Virus record (IMG/VR): IMGVR_UViG_3300007351_000017
Span: 1 to 49,131 of that record
DNA: 49,131 nt
Reading direction: 5' to 3' (one strand)
DNA from: a virus
In this document: positions 17,878 to 25,613 of the stretch, one piece after another
Layout: every line of letters begins with the position of its first letter
Position numbering within the stretch: the stretch's first letter is position 1
Position numbers and translations under genes: made by a program
Notes under the pieces: generated by a model
Told to the model about the DNA's origin: nothing
Seen by the model: only the letters and a program-made list of their open reading frames with translations
Databases searched by the model: none

Positions 17878-19095
17878 TTATTGCTCTCCCTCCTTTAAGG
17901 CCACGACGTATTTGCCTCCCGAATCTATCATTATCTTTATGTGCTTGCTTTCCTCAAGGGTTTCGATTACCTCCTGTAAGCCGCTGCGGGTAAGGTGATA
18001 CCAGTTCAATTTGAGTAAGTTTGACCAGGAGACCTTTCCCCGGGAGCGGATTTGGGCGAGGACGCGGTCAATGTGGCCGACGAACTGATGATCGCCAATG
18101 TGTTCGTAAGCGAGCTGCATGTTTTCTTTAACCTGTGCAAGAACGTCGAGGGAAAATTTGATGTCGTCAACGTGGATCTCGTAGCGCTGCTTGTCTGCGG
18201 CGGCGACCGCCATTGATAACTTAAACGCCAGGGCGTGTTCGCGCTCCTCAAATGACTCAAGTCGTTCGTCGAATATCGGCGGTCGGTCCTGATACCAAGA
18301 TTCCATAAAATTCTTTGCCTCAAGGGTAAGCTCCATTGGGCCGACCATCTCGGAGATTTTCAATAGCTCTGGGGCTAAAGCCTTACGCAACTTTGCCCGT
18401 TGTACCTTAACCTCATTGTCATGGAAAAGTTTGCGCTTACGCTTCTTCGTTGCCATTACAACGACAAGGCGGGAAGCGAAGCCAAGGCCAACGGCGTCGG
18501 GTGGGACGACGTCCTTAAAGCCTGTTGGGGTGGTAGCGCCGAGGAGATTTAGGCAAGTTTTGTAGAGAAAGAACTGCCCATAGTTTTTGGTTTTGTAGGG
18601 CCAGACATTATGGCAATCGTAAAGGGAGGTAAGTGATGCAATGAGCCCAGAGATGTAGGCATCTTTTCCGATGAAAACGGTGAGCTCTGGGGCGATTACC
18701 GTAGTGCAAGCACCACAAACAAGTTTATCCACGATGTCTTTGGGAAGGTCGTGCATTGAGTATTCGCCGATGTTTTTGAGCTTCTCAACTTCTGCTTTAC
18801 AGCGTAAGCTCATCTCAACAAGAAGCGAGCCGTGGGTAATCTTCTCCATCAAGATGGAGTGGCCTGGAATGCAGCGCAGAAGGTCATGACCTTGGGCGAT
18901 TGCGCTGCTCTTACGGAGGCCGCTCCGTCCGACTAAGATTATGTAGAAGTTGGGGAAGACTGTGAAGTGTTCACAATCGAGCCACACGCGGCGCTCGAGT
19001 GCCGAAGAAATCACTGCTAGACCTACCCATAAGTGGTATATCTCGGGGGCTTCGTGCCATTCGGTGAACTGGAGGTATCGCTTCAACCATGACAT
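17878..19095 (-). CDS. DUF3987-like P-loop ATPase (replicative helicase/primase-associated)
   Basis: HLWVGLAVISSALERRVWL...FYIILVGRSGLRKSSAI (Walker A). The ATG at 19095 immediately follows the upstream stop. The track start at 19203 would overlap the upstream gene. Confidence 0.7.
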   Translation of the reverse strand: MSWLKRYLQFTEWHEAPEIYHLWVGLAVISSALERRVWLDCEHFTVFPNFYIILVGRSGLRKSSAIAQGHDLLRCIPGHSILMEKITHGSLLVEMSLRCKAEVEKLKNIGEYSMHDLPKDIVDKLVCGACTTVIAPELTVFIGKDAYISGLIASLTSLYDCHNVWPYKTKNYGQFFLYKTCLNLLGATTPTGFKDVVPPDAVGLGFASRLVVVMATKKRKRKLFHDNEVKVQRAKLRKALAPELLKISEMVGPMELTLEAKNFMESWYQDRPPIFDERLESFEEREHALAFKLSMAVAAADKQRYEIHVDDIKFSLDVLAQVKENMQLAYEHIGDHQFVGHIDRVLAQIRSRGKVSWSNLLKLNWYHLTRSGLQEVIETLEESKHIKIMIDSGGKYVVALKEGEQ

Positions 19096-19096
19096 T

Positions 19097-19312
19097 CTAT
19101 CCCTCGTCGAACATCCGGATGGAGTGTTTGGAGTAGGCTCGAGATTCCTCGATGCGTTCAATGGCCTGAAGGATGTAAACACGCTTACGTGTGTTAGTGG
19201 CAAGGCGCTCGGCCTCTACGTCGGCCTCAGCCTTTGAGTAGTGCTTTTTGGTAGGTGGGCTACCAGACTCGACAAAGAGCATCCAGAAGACTTGATCTAG
19301 GTCGTTGCTCAT
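19097..19312 (-). CDS. hypothetical 71-aa protein
   Basis: ATGA overlap with the polymerase stop. It ends 1 nt before the next start. Confidence 0.55.
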   Translation of the reverse strand: MSNDLDQVFWMLFVESGSPPTKKHYSKAEADVEAERLATNTRKRVYILQAIERIEESRAYSKHSIRMFDEG

Positions 19313-21615
19313 TTGATCTCCTTCATCGAGCCAAGACGCGGACCGGTCTTGAACTCGGCTGGAATCACAAGCATTGCGGTGCCACAAAGAAACTGGCGCT
19401 CCATCTCCTTCTTCATAACTGACGTTACCCAATCGACTTTATCAGGAGGGCACTGAACAAGCATTGAGTCGTGGATTTGCATGACAATGTGGATGCGAGG
19501 ATCGGAGTAGAAACGCCAATAGCAGCGGAGCATCGCCCTGTTTAAGTTGTCTACGACAGTAGACTGGGGTACGTAAGCGATAGCTTCCCTGACAAGGTCG
19601 TCGCCCCATCGACCGAAGAAGCGCCGCTGACGACCAAACGGAGTTCGAATCGTTCGGGTTCCGTGAAGTTCGCGCTCAACTCGTTCGTGCCACTGAGGGA
19701 TTCCGGGGAAACGCTGATAGTAAAGCTCAAGTACTCGTGAGGCTTCAGCTTCACTGAGTCCTGTGATTTGGGCGAACTTCCGTGGTCCAACTTTATAGTT
19801 TCCAGAATGGACACAGCGTTTCCCAATATCATATTCACGAGTACCTTTGCCAACCTCTTGTTCAGGCTTTCCGAATACAAGACTCGCCACGAATGGGTGG
19901 ACTTTTTTTCCACTTTGAAACCTCCCTAGAAGGTTACCATCACCAGACAAACCAGCAACGGCAATCGCCTCGGCCTGGGCGGAGTCTCCCTCGACGAAGA
20001 CGGTTCCGGCGTCGGCTATGATGATGTCACGGACGGCGCCGGCGATTGAATCATCCTCATCGGCGTGAGGCCAGTTTTGTAAATTCATTCCTGTGCCGAA
20101 TACAGTCTTTGAAGACGTTAATCTCCCGGTTTCAGTGAAGTTGAACGTTGTGCGGATACGGCCATCTGAATCAAGTTGCGCGTCAAGATAGGTTGAAATG
20201 ATCTTTCGAGCACGGCGAATTGTACCGATTAAAGGAAGTAACTGCGACGTTGATTTCTTCATTAGTTTGTCGATAGCAAGCTGATCTGTGGTGATGGAGC
20301 CGGTGGCGCGGTTGCGTTGAACGGGTAGCCGGAGCTGCTTGTAAAGCAGGGTTTGCATAGCCTTTGGCGAATTGACGTTTACCTCCCATCCGGCGAGCTC
20401 ATTGAGCTGGGCTTGCGCCGAGGAGATCTTTGATAAGAGCATTGAGCGCAGATCATCCCGCGTAGCCGTGTCGATCAACAAACCGTGGTCTTGAATGTTT
20501 GACAAGACGCGAAGCAGGGGCATTTTGTAAGTTGTGAAGAAGTCCCACAAGCCGAGCTCTTTCATCTCAACGATTTGTTTCTCGGCGATCTCAAACGTAA
20601 CGGCGCAATCCTTGCAGTTGTAAAGATACATTTGTTCAGGCGGGTCAACGCCGGGACGCCAACTTCGTCCTTCGTCTTTGTAATAGGGCTCGCGGGTGTA
20701 GATTGAGGTAAGGAAGTCAAGGGACTTTTTGAATTCAGGGTACAACACATGCGACGCAACCATAGTGTCCCAATACAAGCCCTGCAAGCAATCGCTGCCG
20801 CCAAGAAAAGATAGCTCGAATAGGGCGTTTTGGATGATCTTCTTCACATTAGGGTTTTGGATAAGCTCGGCGCAGAGTCTCCATGCACCTTCCTCTTGAC
20901 TAGATGAAGACCAATATGAGCCCTTGCCTGTGTCAAAAGGAACACATATGGCGAAGTCTGCGGAGTCGGCGAAGCCGATACATGAAATGTGGCCACGCAT
21001 GAGCTCGATATCAACGGCGACTGCTTCGGAGTGGTTCATTCGAGGAAGATGAAACATCACTTCGTCGTAGGTTGGGGAATGCAGTAGCGCCCGCTTTGGT
21101 AAGTCGAGCTTCGGCGACCTTGCCTCAATGAGGCAGCGCTTGAGGTCTTGAATGAAGATCGGACGCCACTCGTACTGGCGAAGGATCATCGCTGGATGAA
21201 TTGAAGGTACAACTTTCAATCCGGCCTTGCCCTCAAGAATTGAACCTCGCCATTTCATAATACCCTTCTTGCTGGTCAAGCCTTCAAGCGCCAAGTTGCC
21301 GAGGGCAATCACAACATTTGGTCTTATCTTAGCCAATAGCGCAATTAGCTCGTCGAGGCATTGGAACGGCGACGAGATTCCAATTTCCTTGAGACGCTTA
21401 AGGTCGTTGTCTGGCGGACGATACGGAAGGATGTTGTGGACAAAGCATTCTCGGCGATCTATTCCGACTTGAAGCAATGCGCTATCAAGAAGCTGTCCCG
21501 CACCACCGACAAAGGGAACACCCGCCGCTTCCTCCTGACGACCTGGCGCCTCGCCAATTATCGCAATGCGAGCGTCAAGTGGCCCTACGCCGTTAACCCG
21601 CTTCATTGCAAGCAT
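19309..21615 (-). CDS. family A DNA polymerase with an N-terminal family-4 uracil-DNA-glycosylase-like domain and a 3'-5' exonuclease
   Basis: GEAPGRQEEAAGVPFVGGAGQLLD and SIHPA (UDG family 4 motifs). AVDIEL (Exo I). Pol A motifs KVGPRKFAQITGLS...YYQRFPGI and QIHDSMLV. The start is ambiguous between 21624, 21615 and 21606; 21615 lies 9 nt after GGAGG. Confidence 0.85.
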   Translation of the reverse strand: MLAMKRVNGVGPLDARIAIIGEAPGRQEEAAGVPFVGGAGQLLDSALLQVGIDRRECFVHNILPYRPPDNDLKRLKEIGISSPFQCLDELIALLAKIRPNVVIALGNLALEGLTSKKGIMKWRGSILEGKAGLKVVPSIHPAMILRQYEWRPIFIQDLKRCLIEARSPKLDLPKRALLHSPTYDEVMFHLPRMNHSEAVAVDIELMRGHISCIGFADSADFAICVPFDTGKGSYWSSSSQEEGAWRLCAELIQNPNVKKIIQNALFELSFLGGSDCLQGLYWDTMVASHVLYPEFKKSLDFLTSIYTREPYYKDEGRSWRPGVDPPEQMYLYNCKDCAVTFEIAEKQIVEMKELGLWDFFTTYKMPLLRVLSNIQDHGLLIDTATRDDLRSMLLSKISSAQAQLNELAGWEVNVNSPKAMQTLLYKQLRLPVQRNRATGSITTDQLAIDKLMKKSTSQLLPLIGTIRRARKIISTYLDAQLDSDGRIRTTFNFTETGRLTSSKTVFGTGMNLQNWPHADEDDSIAGAVRDIIIADAGTVFVEGDSAQAEAIAVAGLSGDGNLLGRFQSGKKVHPFVASLVFGKPEQEVGKGTREYDIGKRCVHSGNYKVGPRKFAQITGLSEAEASRVLELYYQRFPGIPQWHERVERELHGTRTIRTPFGRQRRFFGRWGDDLVREAIAYVPQSTVVDNLNRAMLRCYWRFYSDPRIHIVMQIHDSMLVQCPPDKVDWVTSVMKKEMERQFLCGTAMLVIPAEFKTGPRLGSMKEIK

Positions 21616-21784
21616 GATTAGCATCCTCCAACTCGGCGCCGTTACGCCGGAGATCCTCTTCCAAGGAAGGCAAAGGCTCGAGCCCAAGGATACGCTCAAT
21701 GCGCTCCACGCGGCAATAAAGCTTGCCTAGTGCGGCTCGAGTTTTGTCAACTCGCTTTCGCAGATTCTTCGGTCGAATTTCCAT
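21593..21784 (-). CDS. hypothetical 63-aa protein
   Basis: GGAGG lies 7 nt upstream of the ATG at 21784. It overlaps the neighbouring genes at both ends. Confidence 0.5.
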   Translation of the reverse strand: MEIRPKNLRKRVDKTRAALGKLYCRVERIERILGLEPLPSLEEDLRRNGAELEDANHACNEAG

Positions 21785-23087
21785 TTGACTGCCTCCAGGC
21801 TTCGTCGATGAAGATAGATGCTTTTTCAAAAAGTAAAGGATCTTTTTCACAACCAATCGCTTTGCGATTGAGGCTGACGGCGGCCGCTAGGCTAGCGCCG
21901 CTACCAGCGAAACAATCAAGCACGGTTTCGCCGGGGATGGTGCTGTTCTCGATGATACGTTGGAGCAGAGCGAGGGGCTTTTGAGCGGGGTGGATTTTGA
22001 GGTTGCCGCCAACAGGGGGAACGGCGAAAACGTTGGGGAGCATCTGGGTAAGCGTGCGGTTTGAGTCACCGTCCTTTTGGCAAAACAAGATTGGCTCATA
22101 TGCGGGCGCATAGCGCTGATAGGTATAGGATGTCATGGTTGTGGTACCTTTGGCCCAGATCAAAGGTATTTCGTCGATGGTGAACCAACGGCGAACAAGG
22201 CTACAGATTTCCCCATAAGACCAAATTGCAAAGAACAAATACAAGTACCCTCCCGGAGTAAGGGATCTCTGAAGCTCAGGGAGTATGCTCGTAAGTAGCT
22301 CGATGCAGTTTTCCTCCTTATCCCAAGCTGCATCGTCCCATCTTTCCTCGAGACCTACATTCCAAGGTGGGTCGATGATAGCGCAGTGGATAGAGGCATC
22401 AGGAAGCTCCTTTAGGAAGTCTTGAGCGGCGGTGCATTTGAAAGTCCAAGGGACCTCACGGCGTTCAGGGGCCAACTCGAGCTCCTCGTCAAGTTCAGTT
22501 AAAACTTCCCGCCAGGCGGTTTCCTCTTTCTTTTTGAGCTTCGCCAAAACTGTGCGCTTTTTGTTACCGGAAAGTGTTGGGTCAACCTCAAGGCCCTTTG
22601 AAACTTTGATTGCGTCGGAGACAAAGCCGATGCTTTTGCCAAGGATCTCGGCGACATCCTCGACGCCAAAGCCATCACCACTCTTGTCGCCCTGAAGACG
22701 CCGCCCAAATTTGGCTTGACCAAGCTCATAGATCTTGCGAACGGCGTCGCATTCCTCTTGATAGGACAAGTTACGACGCTTGATGTTCTCCTCAAGTTCA
22801 ATCCATTGCTGATCTATTGGGTCAAGAACCTTGATATCGTTTACGGGAACAGAAGGCCAGCCAAGACTACGGCAAGCCTGAAGGCGACAATATCCGGCTA
22901 TAAGTTGGTCGCCGGAGACAACGATAGGGTGGAGCAAACCGCGCTGTTTGATGCTAATCGCAAGCTCTTTGATATGGTCAGGATCTACCTTTCGGCGTTG
23001 TCGCTCAGGGATGACGACGCCGTCAGTTGGAAGATATGTTATTTCAACCCGTGAAATATCGGGTTCAAAACGCTGCATATCTTTCAC
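21747..23087 (-). CDS. ParB-like nuclease domain fused to an N6-adenine/N4-cytosine DNA methyltransferase
   Basis: N-terminal HIKELAISIKQRGLLHPIVV...LIAGYCRLQACRSLGW (ParB/Srx fold). IIDPPWNV (motif IV) comes before VLDCFAGSGAS (motif I), the beta-class order. GTG at 23087 lies 6 nt after AAGGAG; ATG at 23078 is an alternative. Confidence 0.85.
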   Translation of the reverse strand: MKDMQRFEPDISRVEITYLPTDGVVIPERQRRKVDPDHIKELAISIKQRGLLHPIVVSGDQLIAGYCRLQACRSLGWPSVPVNDIKVLDPIDQQWIELEENIKRRNLSYQEECDAVRKIYELGQAKFGRRLQGDKSGDGFGVEDVAEILGKSIGFVSDAIKVSKGLEVDPTLSGNKKRTVLAKLKKKEETAWREVLTELDEELELAPERREVPWTFKCTAAQDFLKELPDASIHCAIIDPPWNVGLEERWDDAAWDKEENCIELLTSILPELQRSLTPGGYLYLFFAIWSYGEICSLVRRWFTIDEIPLIWAKGTTTMTSYTYQRYAPAYEPILFCQKDGDSNRTLTQMLPNVFAVPPVGGNLKIHPAQKPLALLQRIIENSTIPGETVLDCFAGSGASLAAAVSLNRKAIGCEKDPLLFEKASIFIDEAWRQSNGNSTEESAKAS

Positions 23088-23231
23088 ATTTTGCTCCTTT
23101 CCTTTTGCGGGTGTGGGGTTCCCGCGTTGCTGCAAATCGCCACAAGGTTGTTGTCACGCGCCATTGCTCCTTCCCACCTCAGCCCCACTCTGGGGTGCCG
23201 CCCTCGCTACGCTGTGGGCGGTGCGGCTAGA

Positions 23232-23525
23232 TTAGCCATTGGCCTCGTATGCGGCCATGACTTCTTGAAGGACACGCTCATTGGCCCGTTGCTCGATCAG
23301 TAATGCGCCAACGAGACCTGGGTATTGATTCTTACCTTCCCATGCACGGGGGCCACTGCCGTGGAATTCACCGTATTCGAGGAGCGCATCGAACAGTTTG
23401 CCAGTGACCTCAATAGCCTTCTTGATACGAGCGATTTGTGCCTCGTAGTCGGGCTTGCAGCGTTCGGGCATGTGCATTTGACTGCCCATACCTATTCCAG
23501 CTTCTCCACTGCTAAATACTCCCAT
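23232..23525 (-). CDS. hypothetical protein
   Basis: AAGGAGG RBS; clean 97-aa ORF. Confidence 0.6.
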   Translation of the reverse strand: MGVFSSGEAGIGMGSQMHMPERCKPDYEAQIARIKKAIEVTGKLFDALLEYGEFHGSGPRAWEGKNQYPGLVGALLIEQRANERVLQEVMAAYEANG

Positions 23526-23772
23526 GTTTTCCTCCTTTCGTCTCCCACCTGCACCCGGTGGGGGCGGAATTTTGAGCGTTGTTCACCGAGACGCACCCCT
23601 CGGGGTTACACATAGTTAGGGTACGCAGTACCCGGTAGCATTAGGCATCACCTCCTTTTGGTTGCTGGGGGCCGGGCTTGAGTACCGGCTGTAGGTCGTT
23701 GCGCTCACGCCTACGGGGATACAGCGCCGGTCCCCTGCGTGTCCTTCCACGCCGCCCCAGCATGGTCAATCA
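23526..23772 (-). ncRNA. candidate structured RNA / leader element B (multi-hairpin junction closed by an 8-bp stem)
   Basis: 247 nt with no credible ORF. On the transcribed (minus) strand TGCTGGGG (23762-23755) pairs with CCCCAGCA (23670-23663). This encloses four abutting hairpins (23737-52, 23715-35, 23691-714, 23671-89). Three more hairpins lie downstream. Confidence 0.4.
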
Positions 23773-24177
23773 TTACGGCCCACCATGGACCGGGCATCGC
23801 CAGCCCTCCTGCACATCACAGCCACAAGCGGGCCCGGATTTGTTGGGACCTTCCACCGCCTTCAACGCAGCAAGGCAGATGGTCTCTGGAATTTTATCCT
23901 CGTACGGATCACCATACGAGTAATACCAATCGCATTTGGTGAATGACACCAAACCGCCATTTATGGAACAGGAATACCCACGTTCCATCATCTTGTTCCT
24001 CACCATCCACGCCTGGGCTATGTCGGTGGAGGGGTGCCAGTCGAAGAAAGGCATGACTGGTTTATCCAGAGTTATCCACCATGACAGTTTCGGCCCCATA
24101 GGGTGCAAGTGCGGCTTCCACCCCATCACCGCCACCGCCACCCGTCGGTCTATCTCACGCAGTTCGTCGTCGGTCAT
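23773..24177 (-). CDS. phage ABA-sandwich-domain-like protein
   Basis: GAAGGAG lies 5 nt upstream of the ATG at 24177. MTDDELREIDRRVAVAVMGW...WHPSTDIAQAWMV matches the typical N-terminal signature of this small phage family. Confidence 0.7.
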   Translation of the reverse strand: MTDDELREIDRRVAVAVMGWKPHLHPMGPKLSWWITLDKPVMPFFDWHPSTDIAQAWMVRNKMMERGYSCSINGGLVSFTKCDWYYSYGDPYEDKIPETICLAALKAVEGPNKSGPACGCDVQEGWRCPVHGGP

Positions 24178-24197
24178 GGCTGCTCCTTCATAAAGCT

Positions 24198-24413
24198 TCA
24201 CCCCCTCAATTTCCAAATTATGACATGCTCTATCCCACCATTTTCTGAGATACGCTGGTCCAAATGCCTCTCCGCGCTGAACTCCACCGTGTCCGGTGGA
24301 ATGGCGAAAGAAGGGAACGTGAGGAAGTCCTTTGGGGTAGCATTTGATAAGGTCAATGTCTTGTTCCAATTCCTGGTCTCGATGTAGTTCCGAACTGCGC
24401 CAAGGAGGGTCAT
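24198..24413 (-). CDS. hypothetical 71-aa protein
   Basis: ATGA overlap with the upstream stop, and it ends just before the RBS of the next gene. It competes with the in-frame N-terminal extension of 23773..24468. Confidence 0.45.
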   Translation of the reverse strand: MTLLGAVRNYIETRNWNKTLTLSNATPKDFLTFPSFAIPPDTVEFSAERHLDQRISENGGIEHVIIWKLRG

Positions 24414-24691
24414 GGCGTCTCCTTTTGTTTCTCATCAACGGGCTCATAGGTCGCTTTGAATGTGTCATCTCGGCATGGATAAACCTCGCCCTTCACCCCT
24501 TTGATTATCCAATCTCCTAGATGTGCTTTCATGTCTCCTTCCAGGGTTGGAATGATGATGGGGACGCCTGGTTGAGTGAAGTTGGCTTGGATGCCATCTC
24601 CAACCCAGTCTTCAATAGTTACGTGGGCATCCACGAGTCCATCCCATTGGATAGCTTCAATCACAACGGGTTTCTTTCGGAACTTTGGCAT
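24410..24691 (-). CDS. small conserved phage protein (PGDYG-like C-terminal motif)
   Basis: AAGGAG lies 7 nt upstream of the ATG at 24691. MPKFRKKPVVIEAIQW...HLGDWIIKGVKGEVYPCRDDTFKATYEPV. The upstream part of the track ORF is the structured leader. Confidence 0.7.
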   Translation of the reverse strand: MPKFRKKPVVIEAIQWDGLVDAHVTIEDWVGDGIQANFTQPGVPIIIPTLEGDMKAHLGDWIIKGVKGEVYPCRDDTFKATYEPVDEKQKETP

Positions 24692-24867
24692 CTCTATTCT
24701 CCTTTTGGTCAAGTGTCGCAGGGTGCCGGATTCCAACCGGCTTAGAGCGGGGAGGGTTCGAACCCCCATAACGCCGCCCCGGTTTTCCGGGCTGCTGCCG
24801 TTTCCTCGGCTTCCTAGCAGTCTAGGCACGTCTGCCCGCGTGTTCGCACCACGCCGCCCCTGCGGTG
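24692..24867 (-). ncRNA. candidate structured RNA / leader element A with a tRNA-like T-arm minihelix
   Basis: 176-nt ORF-free gap. Minus-strand closing stem CGCAGGG (24864-24858) / CCCTGCG (24723-24717). Internal GGGGCGG-CGTTAT-GGGGG-TTCGAAC-CCTCC-CCGCTCT (24780-24744). A 5-bp stem with 7-nt loop sits at 24741-24725. Confidence 0.4.
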
Positions 24868-25071
24868 TTAATCCTCCCGAAACGCGGCGTTATACGCTTT
24901 CATCAGCCGCTGCAAGTCCTCTTGCGGACCCTTCACCGTAAAACGACGCTCCAGCCACCCTCCAGACTCCATCCAAGTGATGCTAAGGCCATGGAACTGA
25001 GCTTCCTTTAAAAAGTCTCTAATTGGAGTCCACAGCAGTCGGCCCGCCGTGAATCCGGCTATGGCATTCAT
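24868..25071 (-). CDS. hypothetical 67-aa protein
   Basis: GGAGG lies upstream of the ATG at 25071 (GTG at 25074 is an alternative). Confidence 0.55.
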   Translation of the reverse strand: MNAIAGFTAGRLLWTPIRDFLKEAQFHGLSITWMESGGWLERRFTVKGPQEDLQRLMKAYNAAFRED

Positions 25072-25184
25072 CACACCTCCAGCCTCTGAATGAGGCTGTT
25101 GATACTGCCGTTGATGCTCAGCATGTTTTGGATAAGCATCTCAATTCCTCTCTTGTGATCTTAAAGAGCGCAACCTTCAAATAA

Positions 25185-25206
25185 GGCACCACAGGTGCGT
25201 GGTGCC
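25185..25206 (-). terminator. hairpin downstream of 25219..25611 (possible intrinsic terminator)
   Basis: 8-bp stem GGCACCAC/GTGGTGCC with a 6-nt loop. On the minus strand it is followed by TTATTTGAAGG, a weak U-tract. Confidence 0.4.
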
Positions 25207-25218
25207 CTAGGCTGAAAG

Positions 25219-25611
25219 CTACATCCCCCAGAGGGAATCGATCCGGTTTGTCAAACGTTCTTTGCCCATCTTGTCAACAAAGGACTCAATGATCAAATGG
25301 GCATAGAAGGTGAGCCCAGCAAGGTCCTCGCTTGCGAAGCTTGTGCCCTCCCAGGAAAAGCCGGTGGCATTACAAAAGTCTTCCCAACGGAAGGTGCCGA
25401 TGGTGAAGCGCTCAAACACGGCTTTTCCGGCGTAGTCTGGATCGTCGATGATATGGCACTGAATTGGAATAACCCAATTGCCCTTCTCCGAAAGGTAAGG
25501 ATCCTTGAATGTCCCCACGACTTCGAGGACGTAATCCGCCTCGGGAGCGGGCTCATTTCCAGCCTTCTTCGCATGCTCGTCCCTGGTTATTCCGATGTCG
25601 ACGACTGGCAT
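25219..25611 (-). CDS. DUF669-like protein (putative ssDNA-binding partner of Sak4-type ATPases)
   Basis: 130 aa. Its position downstream of the AAA_24-like ATPase and Cas4-like nuclease matches a common phage recombination module. Sequence resemblance was judged by eye only. Confidence 0.6.
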   Translation of the reverse strand: MPVVDIGITRDEHAKKAGNEPAPEADYVLEVVGTFKDPYLSEKGNWVIPIQCHIIDDPDYAGKAVFERFTIGTFRWEDFCNATGFSWEGTSFASEDLAGLTFYAHLIIESFVDKMGKERLTNRIDSLWGM

Positions 25612-25613
25612 TG

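Noticed and set aside
17661-17993. Plus-strand ORF 17661..17993 in the convergent gap
   Set aside because: It has no RBS, runs into the 3' end of the minus-strand ATPase gene, and its product is low-complexity.
23136-23231. 26-codon ORF and hairpins upstream of the methyltransferase gene
   Set aside because: The RBS-to-ATG spacing is only 2 nt. The hairpins are short (5-6 bp) with no U-tract. Evidence is insufficient for a feature.
24178-24468. N-terminal extension of the ABA-sandwich gene, read as a possible integrase remnant (PHVPFFRHSTGHGG)
   Set aside because: The H-x-x-R-H spacing and the catalytic Tyr context of tyrosine recombinases are not met. A strong RBS + ATG at 24177 and the ATGA-coupled ORF 24198..24413 explain the interval better. 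No integrase was found anywhere in the genome.
24725-24790. Possible tRNA gene (GGTTCGAACC T-loop, 7-nt-loop hairpin)
   Set aside because: No cloverleaf can be assembled on either strand. The anticodon-like hairpin lies 3' of the T-arm. No D-arm exists. The acceptor would need G-U at positions 1-72 and 3-70, and the only distant 5' partner is 117 nt away. It is kept as a tRNA-like element, not a tRNA.
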